From: Candidatus Methylomirabilota bacterium
Lineage (GTDB): Bacteria; Methylomirabilota; Methylomirabilia; Rokubacteriales; CSP1-6
NCBI GenBank assembly: GCA_035709005.1
Contig: DASTFB010000070.1
Span: 5,223-69,222 of the forward strand
Reading direction: 5' to 3'
Length of the DNA stretch: 64,000 bases
Made by a program: the position numbers and the translations under genes. The notes beneath the pieces were generated by a model that saw only the letters and a program-made list of their open reading frames with translations, did no database searches and had not been told where the DNA came from. This document shows positions 9,154 to 17,660 of the stretch, piece by piece. Position 1 is the stretch's first letter, and each line of letters starts with the position of its first letter.

Positions 9154-9683
9154 CAGCGCTCACCGAGCAGGCTGAGCAGCTGCTCCACGGCCTGCTGAGC
9201 GCGGCGGACGATGGCCTCGGGCCGTTCGCCGCCCAGCGGGTGCTCCACGACCAGCAGGGGCAGGCCGGCCACGCCCCGGGCGGCGAGCTGGCGGACGGCG
9301 ACCTCCTGAAACGCGGTGGTGGCGATCAGCGCGGACGCGGTTCCGGCCCTGGCCAGCTCGAGGGCGTCGTGGAGACTCCACGACGTGCAGGACCCTCAGT
9401 CCGCGGAGCCGGCGAAGACGACATCGCAGGCTTTGGCCAGCTCGACCACCAGCTCCGCGGGCGCCGGCGACGAGCAGTTCGCCTTGCGCCGGTGGACGAC
9501 GGCCTTGACGCCGTGCCGCTCGCGCAGGAGGCGACCGAGCTCCGTGACCAGGCGGTCGAAGTTCGGCTTGGTGTTGTCGAGAAAGCCCACGGTGAGGTTG
9601 CCGAAGTCGCCGGGCAGCGGAGGCACGCTCACCCGTTCGCTCGCTTCGACCCCCACTGGACTCAACACCCGGATGCGTGGCAT
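9153..9683 (-). CDS. UGSC-motif selenoprotein (in-frame UGA at 9396-9398 read as selenocysteine; ~176 aa)
   Basis: The ORF-track ORF 9396-9713 stops at a UGA. Reading through gives ...VVFAGSAD-U-GSCTSWSLHDALELARAG...LLGER*, with no further stop for 80 codons until a TGA at 9153-9155 that overlaps the next ATG. AGGAGG SD before the ATG at 9683. Same architecture as the fused paralogue. Confidence 0.7.
9365..9385 (-). promoter_or_regulatory. SECIS-like stem-loop ~10 nt 3' of the UGA (RNA CGUCGUGG-AGUCU-CCACGACG)
   Basis: Perfect 8-bp stem (extendable to 10). Position and size match bacterial SECIS elements; the stem is identical at the second locus while the loop differs. Confidence 0.55.
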
Positions 9684-9717
9684 GGGCACCTCCTGGCGTC
9701 CTGATGAGCGCAACGCG

Positions 9718-9939
9718 TCATTGTACTCCGCGGCGAGGCAGCCCGGTGGAGCGCGCCAGCAGCCGTCCCAGCGTGACGTGCAGCTCCGTGAGGATGGAGC
9801 GCTTGACCCGGACAGTGACGGCTTCCACCGGCTCGGCGCTGCCCACGCGATGGATCACCAGGGTCCCCGTGAACTCGTCGGCCCGCTCGTCCACCGCGGC
9901 CAGGCCCCGCAGCGTGAGGACTTCCCACGTCTCGCTCAT
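9718..9939 (-). CDS. hypothetical small protein (73 aa) immediately upstream of the selenoprotein gene
   Basis: ORF MSETWEVLTLRGLAAVDERADEFTGTLVIHRV... ends 35 nt before the selenoprotein start. Weak SD and no recognisable family; may be non-coding. Confidence 0.2.
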   Translation of the reverse strand: MSETWEVLTLRGLAAVDERADEFTGTLVIHRVGSAEPVEAVTVRVKRSILTELHVTLGRLLARSTGLPRRGVQ

Positions 9940-9978
9940 GAGCGGTATGGTACCCCACGTGACGTCAGGCGGATCGCG

Positions 9979-11427
9979 ATGACGGTCGTCGCTCTCGACG
10001 TCGGCACCTCGTCCGTGCGCGCCAGCGTGTACGACGAGACGGGACAGGTGGTGGGCGGGCGCGTGCATCGGGTCACGCTGGCGCCGACGCTGACGCCCGA
10101 CGGCGGGGTCGAGCACGATCCCCGGCGCCTGCTGAGCGCGGTCATCGCCTGTCTGGACGCGGTGGTGGCGGGGCCGCGGGCGCCCGACGTCGCCGCCGTC
10201 GGGATCGCCACCTTCTGGCACGGCCTCCTCGGCTTCGACGCGACCGGCCGTCCGCTCACTCCCATCTACATGTGGGCCGACACCCGCAGCGCCCCCGACG
10301 CGTCGCTCCTGCGCCAGGCCCTGGACGAGACGGCGCTCCACGCGCGGACGGGGTGCCACCTGCATGCCTCCTACTGGCCGGCCAAGCTGCGCTGGCTGAC
10401 CCGCGAGCGCGCCGCCGAAGTCCTGCGCGTCGTCCGCTGGGGATCGTTCGGCGAGTACCTCGACCTGAGCCTCTTCGGCGCGGCCGCCACCAGCATCTCG
10501 ATGGCCTCGGGCACCGGGCTGTTCGATCTGGAGGGATTGCGCTGGGACGTCGAGGCCCTGGCGGCGGCCGGCCTGGAGCCGGACCGGCTGTTCCCGCTCT
10601 GCGATCGCCGGGACGGCCGCCGGGGGCTGCTCCCCGAGTGGTCACGTCGCTGGCCGGGCCTGCGGGGCGCCGCCTGGTTCCCGGCGGTGGGCGACGGCGC
10701 CGCCAGCAATATCGGCTCAGGCTGCGTCGAGCCCAGCCGCATGACCCTCAACCTCGGCACCTCGGCCGCGCTCCGGGTGACCACGAGGGCGACGGCGACG
10801 GCACCCCCGGGCCTCTGGCGCTATCGCCTGGACCGGCGCCTGGGCATGGTGGGGGGCGCCCTGTCGGAGGGCGGCAACGTGTACGAGTGGTGCCGCGAGG
10901 TGCTCCGGCTGCCGGACGACGCCGAGACCGAGCGCGCCCTCGCCGCCGGCCAGCCCGATCGCCACGGCCTCACCGTGTTGCCGCTGCTCGCCGGCGAGCG
11001 CGCACCAGGGTGGCGCGACGATCGGCGCGCGACCGTGGCCGGGCTCGGGCGCGAAACGACCGCGTTGCAGATCCTGCGCGCGTGGCTGGAGGCCGTGGCG
11101 CTGCGGCTGTCGCTCGTATACGGGCTGCTGCGCCCGCACGCCGCCGAACCGCATGTGATCGTCGCCTCGGGCGGGGCGCTGGCGCGCTCGCCCGCGTGGA
11201 CCCAGATCATCGCCGATGCTCTGGGCCACCCCGTCCTGGTCGCCCGCGATCACGAGATGACGAGCCGGGGCGCCGCCCTCCTCGCGCTGGAGGCCCTGGG
11301 CCGCCTGTCCGATTTGGACGGTCTGGCCGTCCCGCCGGGCGAGACGTTCCACCCGGACGCGGCCCGCCACGCCCGCCTGCGCCGGGCGCTCGAGCGCCAG
11401 CGCCGGCTCGACGCCACGCTGGGCTGA
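9979..11427 (+). CDS. FGGY-family carbohydrate kinase (gluconokinase-like)
   Basis: MTVVALDVGTSSVRASVYD... N-terminal FGGY motif; GTSAALRV and GGAL(S)EGG blocks. The ORF-track ORF from 9316 is a spurious 5' extension. Confidence 0.8.
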   Translation: MTVVALDVGTSSVRASVYDETGQVVGGRVHRVTLAPTLTPDGGVEHDPRRLLSAVIACLDAVVAGPRAPDVAAVGIATFWHGLLGFDATGRPLTPIYMWADTRSAPDASLLRQALDETALHARTGCHLHASYWPAKLRWLTRERAAEVLRVVRWGSFGEYLDLSLFGAAATSISMASGTGLFDLEGLRWDVEALAAAGLEPDRLFPLCDRRDGRRGLLPEWSRRWPGLRGAAWFPAVGDGAASNIGSGCVEPSRMTLNLGTSAALRVTTRATATAPPGLWRYRLDRRLGMVGGALSEGGNVYEWCREVLRLPDDAETERALAAGQPDRHGLTVLPLLAGERAPGWRDDRRATVAGLGRETTALQILRAWLEAVALRLSLVYGLLRPHAAEPHVIVASGGALARSPAWTQIIADALGHPVLVARDHEMTSRGAALLALEALGRLSDLDGLAVPPGETFHPDAARHARLRRALERQRRLDATLG

Positions 11428-11458
11428 TCGCCGGAGAGGCCCGCGGTATCATCGGGGC

Positions 11459-12202
11459 ATGGAAGCCGCCTCCGAGGTCGTGGTGGTCGCCGATGCGGCC
11501 GAGCTCGCCGACCGGGCCGCCCAGAGCATCGTCGACAGCGCCCTCGAGGCCGTGGCCGCCCGCGGCCGCTTCATGCTGGTGCTGGCCGGCGGCGACACCC
11601 CGCGCCGAACCTACGCGCGGCTGGCCGCAGCGCCCCGGCGCGACGCGATGCCCTGGGCCAGCACGTTCGTCTTCTTCGGGGACGAGCGCTGCGTGCCGCT
11701 CGACCACGCCGATTCCAACTACCGGATGGCCCGGGAGACCCTGCTCGATCAGGTGCCGCTGCCCTCGGAGCAGGTCTTCGCCATGCCCGGCGACGCCCCG
11801 GATCCGGACGCCGGGGCCGTGGCGTACGCGCGCACGCTGGCCCGGGTCCTCGGCCTTCGTCGCGGCGAGGTGCCCCGATTCGATCTGGTCCTGCTGGGCA
11901 TGGGGCTGGACGGCCACACCGCCTCGCTGTTTCCCGGGTCGCCCGTGCTCAAAGAGATCTTCCGGCCCGTCGCTGCGGTCCACGCGACGGCCGCCGCCAT
12001 CCCGCAGCGCATCACGCTGACCCTGCCCGTGCTCAACGCGGCTACCAACGTCCTGTTCCTGGTGTCGGGCCCGGAGAAGGCCAAGGCCGTGAGGGCCGTG
12101 CTGGACGAGCGGGCCCTGCTGCCCGCGGGCATGGTCCAGCCCGAGAAGGGCCGCCTGGTGTGGATGCTCGACCACGCCGCCGCCTCCCAGCTCCGGCGCT
12201 AG
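11459..12202 (+). CDS. pgl: 6-phosphogluconolactonase
   Basis: RFMLVLAGGDTPRRTY, FFGDERCVP, LLGMGLDGHTASLFPG are Pgl/DevB signatures. Confidence 0.85.
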   Translation: MEAASEVVVVADAAELADRAAQSIVDSALEAVAARGRFMLVLAGGDTPRRTYARLAAAPRRDAMPWASTFVFFGDERCVPLDHADSNYRMARETLLDQVPLPSEQVFAMPGDAPDPDAGAVAYARTLARVLGLRRGEVPRFDLVLLGMGLDGHTASLFPGSPVLKEIFRPVAAVHATAAAIPQRITLTLPVLNAATNVLFLVSGPEKAKAVRAVLDERALLPAGMVQPEKGRLVWMLDHAAASQLRR

Positions 12203-12206
12203 AGCC

Positions 12207-12698
12207 GTGCGGATCGCCATCGGCGGTGACCATCGCGGGTTCGTCTACAAGAACCAGGTCAAGGCTGCGCTGGCCGCGGACGGCCACGCGGTGATCGATT
12301 GCGGCACCGACTCCACCGCCCCGGCCGACTATCCCGACTTCGCCCGCGCCGTCGGCAGCGCGGTCCGTGACGGGAACGCCGACCTGGGCGTGCTGATCTG
12401 CGGCAGCGGCGCCGGCGTCTCCGTCGCGGCCAACAAGATCCGCGGCGTGCGGGCCGCGCTGTGCCACGACCTCTTCACGGCCAGGCAGTCCCGGGAGGAC
12501 GACGACGCCAACGTCATCTGCATGGGCGCCCGGGTGGTGAGCGAGGAGCAGGCCGTGGAGCTCACGCGCACGTTCGTCAGCGCTCGTTTCTCGGGGGCGG
12601 AGCGTCACGTGCGGCGCCTGGCCAAAGTCCTGGCGCTGGAGGCCGCGATGGCGGGCTCCACGGCGTCCCCCCCGAGACCTGGCCCACGGGCTCCGTGA
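12207..12698 (+). CDS. rpiB: ribose-5-phosphate isomerase B
   Basis: MRIAIGGDHRGFVYK...GVLICGSGAGVSVAANK...ANVICMGARV is the RpiB/LacAB signature. Confidence 0.85.
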   Translation: MRIAIGGDHRGFVYKNQVKAALAADGHAVIDCGTDSTAPADYPDFARAVGSAVRDGNADLGVLICGSGAGVSVAANKIRGVRAALCHDLFTARQSREDDDANVICMGARVVSEEQAVELTRTFVSARFSGAERHVRRLAKVLALEAAMAGSTASPPRPGPRAP

Positions 12699-14005
12699 TG
12701 ACCACCGCCCTGGACGAGCTGGAGCGGCGCGCCGTCGGGCCCCGGATCTGGAAGAAGGAGGCGGCGCTCTGGAGCGACGTGGCCCCCGTGCAGGCAGCGA
12801 TCGCCCAGCGTCTGGGCTGGCTCGACGCTCCGGCAGCCACGCGGGGCCACGTCGGCGAGCTCAGCCGGTTCGCCGCCGGGCTGCGCGCCGAGGGCTACAC
12901 GGACGCCGTCCTGCTCGGCATGGGCGGCTCGAGCCTGGCCGCCGAGGTCCTGGCCGCGACGTTTCCGCCGGCGGGGGCCGGGCTGGCCCTCACCATGCTC
13001 GACACGACGGATCCCGGGGCCATCCGGGCCGCCCGCGACGGCCTGGACCTCGCCCGTACCATCTTCGTGGTGTCCTCCAAATCGGGCACGACGGCCGAGA
13101 TGCTCGCCCTCTATCGGTTCTTCCGCGCCGAGCTCGACGCGCAGGTGCCGAACCCGGGCGCGCACTGCATCGCGATCACCGATCCCGGCACGCCGCTCGA
13201 GCGTCTGGCTGCGGACGATCGCTTCCGTCGCACGTTCCTCAATGCGCCGGACATCGGCGGGCGATTCTCGGCCCTGTCCCTGTTCGGCCTGGTGCCGGCC
13301 GCGCTGATCGGCGTGGAGATCGGGCGCCTGCTGGATCGCGCCGCCACCATGGCCGCCGCCTGCGGCCCCGGGATCGCGGCCGCCGACAATCCCGCCCTGC
13401 GGCTGGGCGCCGCGCTGGGCGGAAATGCCCGCGCGGGACGCGACAAGGTCACCCTCGTGCTGTCGCCACCGATCCGCGCGTTGGGCGCCTGGCTGGAGCA
13501 GCTCCTGACCGAGTCGACCGGCAAGCAGGGCCGCGGGCTCATCGTCGTGAACGAGGAGCCCCTCGGGACCCCGGAGGTCTATGGCGGCGACCGGCTGTTC
13601 GTGGCGCTGAGCCTCGGCCCCGATCCCGACCTGGCGGGCCGACTGGCAGCGTTGCAGGCGGCGGGACACCCCGTCGTTCACCTTCCCCTGACCGACCGCG
13701 TGGACGTGGGGGGCGAATTCTTTCGTTGGGAGCTCGCCACGGCCGTGGCCGGCGTGCTGCTGCGCTCGTGGCTCCTGGAGCTCACCGCCGACGTGCTGGC
13801 CACCGATCCCGAGCTGAGCGCCTGGGTGGAGGACTCCGGGGAGGGGCGCTGGACCGTCCAGGACGCGGTGGAAAAGGCCGTGCCGGCGCCCGCCATCACC
13901 GCCGCCCTCTTCGCGCGCTTCCGCTCGCGCCGTGAGAACTCCTTCGCCGACCGCCTGCTCGCCGCGCTGCGCCGCGCCTTCGGGGGCCATGCCGTCCGCC
14001 GATGA
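12698..14005 (+). CDS. pgi: glucose-6-phosphate isomerase-like SIS-domain protein
   Basis: Internal ATG MTTALDEL...; LLGMGGSSLAAEV and FVVSSKSGTTAE are the PGI/SIS motifs. ~435 aa, shorter than classical PGI. Confidence 0.75.
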   Translation: MTTALDELERRAVGPRIWKKEAALWSDVAPVQAAIAQRLGWLDAPAATRGHVGELSRFAAGLRAEGYTDAVLLGMGGSSLAAEVLAATFPPAGAGLALTMLDTTDPGAIRAARDGLDLARTIFVVSSKSGTTAEMLALYRFFRAELDAQVPNPGAHCIAITDPGTPLERLAADDRFRRTFLNAPDIGGRFSALSLFGLVPAALIGVEIGRLLDRAATMAAACGPGIAAADNPALRLGAALGGNARAGRDKVTLVLSPPIRALGAWLEQLLTESTGKQGRGLIVVNEEPLGTPEVYGGDRLFVALSLGPDPDLAGRLAALQAAGHPVVHLPLTDRVDVGGEFFRWELATAVAGVLLRSWLLELTADVLATDPELSAWVEDSGEGRWTVQDAVEKAVPAPAITAALFARFRSRRENSFADRLLAALRRAFGGHAVRR

Positions 14006-15467
14006 TCCCTTCACCCTGATCATCTTCGGCGCGTCGGGTGACCTGACGCGGCGGAAGCTGATCCCCGCGCTGTTCGCGCTCTACGCCTCGCGCACGCTCC
14101 CCGAGCCCTTCGCCATCGTCGCCATCGCCCGCACGGAGATGGCCGACGACGACTTCCGGCGCCGGATGCGGGAGGCCGTGGCCGAGTTCGGTCGCGTCCA
14201 GCCGCCCTCGGAGGCGGTGTGGGACCGGTTCGCCCGCGCGCTCACCTACCTGACGGGCGATCCCAAGAACCCGGCGCTCTATCCGCGGCTCGGAGCCCTG
14301 CTGGCCGAGATCGAACGCGGACGCGGTCCCGAGAACCGGCTCTTCTACTGCGCCACGCCGCCCAGCCTCTACGATCCGATCGTCGAGCACCTGGGCACGA
14401 GCGGTCTCTCGCGCGACGCCGGCGGATGGACCCGGATCATCGTGGAAAAGCCCTTCGGGCGGGACCTGGCCTCCGCGCGCACCCTCAACCGGCAGCTCGG
14501 CCGTTTCTTCCGCGAGGAGCAGGTGTATCGGATCGACCACTACCTGGGCAAGGAGACCGTCCAGAACCTCCTCGTCTTCCGGTTCGCCAACGAGCTGTTC
14601 GAGCCGGTGTGGACGCGGGACCACGTGGCCCACGTCCAGATCACCGTGGCCGAGACCCTCGGCGTCGAGGATCGCGGCGCCTACTACGAGGAGGCCGGCG
14701 CGCTGAGGGACATGGTGCAGAATCACCTGCTCCAGCTCCTGTGCCTGATCGCCATGGAGCCGCCGGTCACCTTCGACGCCGCGCCCGTCCGCGATGAAAA
14801 GAACAAGGTGCTGCAGGCGATCCGTCCGATCGATCCGGCCAGCGTGGACGCGGTCGCCGTCCGCGGCCAGTACACAGGCGGCTTCGTGCAGGGGCGCGCC
14901 GTGAAAGGCTACCGGGACGAGAAGGGCGTGAGCCCGAACTCCCGGACGGAGACCTTCGCGGCGCTCCGCTTGCTGATCGACAACTGGCGATGGGCCGGGG
15001 TCCCCATGTTTCTGCGCACGGGCAAGCGCCTGCCCAAGCAGGTCAGCGAGATCGCCATCTGGTTCCGCCGGACGCCCCACCTGATCTTTCGCCGCCATCC
15101 CGCCGGCGTGGCGCCCAACGCGCTGGTGATCCGGATTCAGCCCGACGAGGGCATCGCGCTCACCGTGAACGCCAAGATCCCGGGCCAGGATCTCAGGCTA
15201 GGGCCGGTGACGCTGGACTTCCGGTACGGCGAGGTATTCGGCGGCCAGCCCCCCGAAGCGTACGAGCGCCTCCTCCTGGACGCCATCCACGGTGACGCCA
15301 CGCTCTACGCGCGAGGAGACTGGGTCGAGCAGGCGTGGGCGATTCTGGATCCCGTGCTCACAGGCTGGCGCGCCGGGGCCCCGGCCTCCTACCCCGCGGG
15401 CTCGTGGGGCCCGCCGGAGGCAGACAGCCTCATCGGCCGCGACGGCGGCGCCTGGCGCAACCCGTAA
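13989..15467 (+). CDS. zwf: glucose-6-phosphate 1-dehydrogenase
   Basis: FTLIIFGASGDLTRRKL, RIDHYLGKE, ...QNHLLQLL... motifs; overlaps the pgi end by 17 nt. Confidence 0.9.
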   Translation: MPSADDPFTLIIFGASGDLTRRKLIPALFALYASRTLPEPFAIVAIARTEMADDDFRRRMREAVAEFGRVQPPSEAVWDRFARALTYLTGDPKNPALYPRLGALLAEIERGRGPENRLFYCATPPSLYDPIVEHLGTSGLSRDAGGWTRIIVEKPFGRDLASARTLNRQLGRFFREEQVYRIDHYLGKETVQNLLVFRFANELFEPVWTRDHVAHVQITVAETLGVEDRGAYYEEAGALRDMVQNHLLQLLCLIAMEPPVTFDAAPVRDEKNKVLQAIRPIDPASVDAVAVRGQYTGGFVQGRAVKGYRDEKGVSPNSRTETFAALRLLIDNWRWAGVPMFLRTGKRLPKQVSEIAIWFRRTPHLIFRRHPAGVAPNALVIRIQPDEGIALTVNAKIPGQDLRLGPVTLDFRYGEVFGGQPPEAYERLLLDAIHGDATLYARGDWVEQAWAILDPVLTGWRAGAPASYPAGSWGPPEADSLIGRDGGAWRNP

Positions 15468-15475
15468 GCGAACGG

Positions 15476-15877
15476 CTACTTCGCGGTCTGGAGCGCGCGA
15501 CTCGCCGTGAGCTCCACGTAGGTGAACCACCAGCCCTCCCACAGGCGCACCTGCAGGGAGTTGGCATTCTTCTCGAACACCTGCGTGATGCCGTGCGAGC
15601 CGTTCGTGGTGTTGCTGACGCTCCGCCAGCCGTTCGCCTCGAGCGTCGTCCGCATGGCCACGCCCAGGCTATTGAGCTCGATCCGGCCCCGATAGTACAG
15701 GCGCGCCGCTTTCACGGACGGCGACTCGATGACCGTGGCCCGGTCCTCCACGAAGGTGAGGCCCCGGGGGACCGGGATGTCCTCGAACTCGCTCCGCGAA
15801 ACCTTGGACTGGCCGGTGGCGCACGCTGCAGCGAGTGAGCCGACGAGCAGGACTGCGAGAACGTTGGTGGCTTTCAC
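15476..15877 (-). CDS. hypothetical lipoprotein
   Basis: Signal peptide plus lipobox MKATNVLAVLLVGSLAAAC. Confidence 0.5.
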   Translation of the reverse strand: MKATNVLAVLLVGSLAAACATGQSKVSRSEFEDIPVPRGLTFVEDRATVIESPSVKAARLYYRGRIELNSLGVAMRTTLEANGWRSVSNTTNGSHGITQVFEKNANSLQVRLWEGWWFTYVELTASRALQTAK

Positions 15878-15928
15878 GGCGTCAGCCTAACAAGTGGGCC
15901 CGCCGGCCACCAAAGAAATAAGACGCGG

Positions 15929-17512
15929 TCAGCTCAGACGGATAAACCGGGCGAAGTCGGCCTCAATGGCCCGGGCCACCTCGGTCACCTGGCCCGGGGT
16001 CAGGTCCTCGTCGAGGATGAGCACGACGATGGCGCGCCCCCGCTTCGTCTTCCGCCCCACGTGCATGGACGCGATGTTGACCCCCAGGCTGCCCAGCGTC
16101 GTACCGATGCGGCCCACCATGCCGGGGCGGTCCTCGTAGGACAGCACGAGGATGTAGCCCTCCGGCGTGAACTCGATATAGAGGTCGCGGAGGCGGACGA
16201 TGCGGGGCTGGCCGTCGAACACCGTTCCCGCGATGATCTTGCGTCCTTCCGACGTGTGCGTGGTGACGGTCAGCAGGCTGTTGTAGCCGTGGGTCTCCGC
16301 TTCCCGGCTCAGCTTCACCTCGACGCCCCGTTCGCGCGCCACCAGATGGGCGTTGACCAGGTTCACCGGCGTCGCCATCACGGGAGCCAGCAAGCCCGCC
16401 AGCACGGCCCGGGCCACCAGCTCGGTGTCGGCCTGGGCCAACTGCCCGGCCACCGTCACCTCCACCCGGGCCAGGTGCTCGGGATCCAGCTGCACGCAGA
16501 AGCGCCCCAGGCGCTCGGCCAGCCCGATGAACGGGCGCAGCTCGGCCAGGGCCGCGGGTGAACCGACCGGGATGTTGACGGCGTGCTCGACCAGCTCGCC
16601 GTCCCGGAAGGCAACGATCTGGCGGGCGACGTCGACCGCCACGTTGACCTGGGCCTCGGCCGAGTTCGCGCCCAGGTGCGGCGTCACGACGACGCGCGGG
16701 TGCCCGATGAGGCGGCGCAGCTCTTCGGACCGGGGCGGCTCCTCGCTCCAGACGTCGATGGCGGCGCCGGCCACCTGGCCGGACTCCAGGGCGGCCAGCA
16801 GGTCCCCCTCGTGGATCACCCCACCCCGCGCGCAGTTGACGATCCACACCCCCCGCTTCATCCGGGACAGCTCGCCGGCCGCGATCATGTGCTCCGTCTC
16901 TTCGGTCAGGGGCACGTGGACGGTGACGATGTCGGCCGCACGCACCAGGGTGTCGAGGTCCACCAGCCGCGCCCCCACCTCGCGGGCGCGGGCCTCGCCG
17001 ATGTAGGGGTCATAGACCAGCAGGTCCGTTTCGAAGGCGCGCAGGCGCGCGGCCACCCGCGAGCCCACCTTCCCCAGACCCACGATCCCCACGGTCTTGC
17101 GGTACAGCTCGCGGCCGTAGATGGACCGGTCCCAGGTACGCGCCTTGAGGCCCGCGTGGGCCTCGGGGACACGACGCAGACAGGCCAGCACCATGGCGAC
17201 GGTGTGCTCGGCCGCGGAGACCACGTTCCCGTAGGGGGCGTTGACGACCACGATCCCCCGCCGGGAGCAGGCCTCCACGTCGATGTTGTCGACGCCGACG
17301 CCCGCCCGGCCGACGATTCTCAGGCGCGGCGCGTGCGCGAGGAGCGCGGGCGTGACGGCGGTCCCCGACCGGGTGACCAGCGCGTCGGCCTCGGCCAGAC
17401 GGGCGTGTAACGTTTCGACCGGCGGGCGATGGAGCTGCTCGACTGTGCACCCCTGCTCCTTCAGGTACGCCAACCCCTCCGAAGCCACCGCATCGACGAC
17501 CAGCACATGCAT
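15929..17512 (-). CDS. serA: D-3-phosphoglycerate dehydrogenase with C-terminal ACT domain
   Basis: 527 aa 2-hydroxyacid dehydrogenase (GIVGLGKVGSRVA...) with an ACT domain at the C-terminus. Confidence 0.9.
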   Translation of the reverse strand: MHVLVVDAVASEGLAYLKEQGCTVEQLHRPPVETLHARLAEADALVTRSGTAVTPALLAHAPRLRIVGRAGVGVDNIDVEACSRRGIVVVNAPYGNVVSAAEHTVAMVLACLRRVPEAHAGLKARTWDRSIYGRELYRKTVGIVGLGKVGSRVAARLRAFETDLLVYDPYIGEARAREVGARLVDLDTLVRAADIVTVHVPLTEETEHMIAAGELSRMKRGVWIVNCARGGVIHEGDLLAALESGQVAGAAIDVWSEEPPRSEELRRLIGHPRVVVTPHLGANSAEAQVNVAVDVARQIVAFRDGELVEHAVNIPVGSPAALAELRPFIGLAERLGRFCVQLDPEHLARVEVTVAGQLAQADTELVARAVLAGLLAPVMATPVNLVNAHLVARERGVEVKLSREAETHGYNSLLTVTTHTSEGRKIIAGTVFDGQPRIVRLRDLYIEFTPEGYILVLSYEDRPGMVGRIGTTLGSLGVNIASMHVGRKTKRGRAIVVLILDEDLTPGQVTEVARAIEADFARFIRLS

Positions 17513-17552
17513 CCCGCGCCTATTGTACTGGGTTGAGACTCGCCCGTAGTCT

Positions 17553-17660
17553 CACCTCGCGTGAAATGGGGAGGTCTGGAGGGGGCACCCTGCCCCCTCC
17601 AGGCTAAAGAGTGAGGTTTGGAGGGGGGCGCGCCTCGTGCCCCCCTCCAGGCTAACAATC
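17553..17660. repeat. family-A palindromic repeat element (copy 2)
   Basis: tcacctcgcgtgaaatgggg...ctggagggggcaccctgccccctccaggctaa...ttggaggggggcgcgcctcgtgcccccctccaggctaa, near-identical to 8038-8140; lies between the serA start and the SDR stop. Confidence 0.8.

Noticed and set aside
9160-9381. 73-aa ORF (MESPRRPRAGQGRNRVRAD...) inside the post-UGA region of the selenoprotein
   Set aside because: Different frame from both the selenoprotein readthrough and the downstream partner; pure Arg/Pro/Gly composition; explained by the overlapping real frame.
9316-9978. 5' 220-codon extension of the FGGY-kinase ORF
   Set aside because: The conserved kinase N-terminus (MTVVALDVGTSS) begins at 9979. 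The extension runs antisense through the selenoprotein gene and promoter region and is low-complexity.
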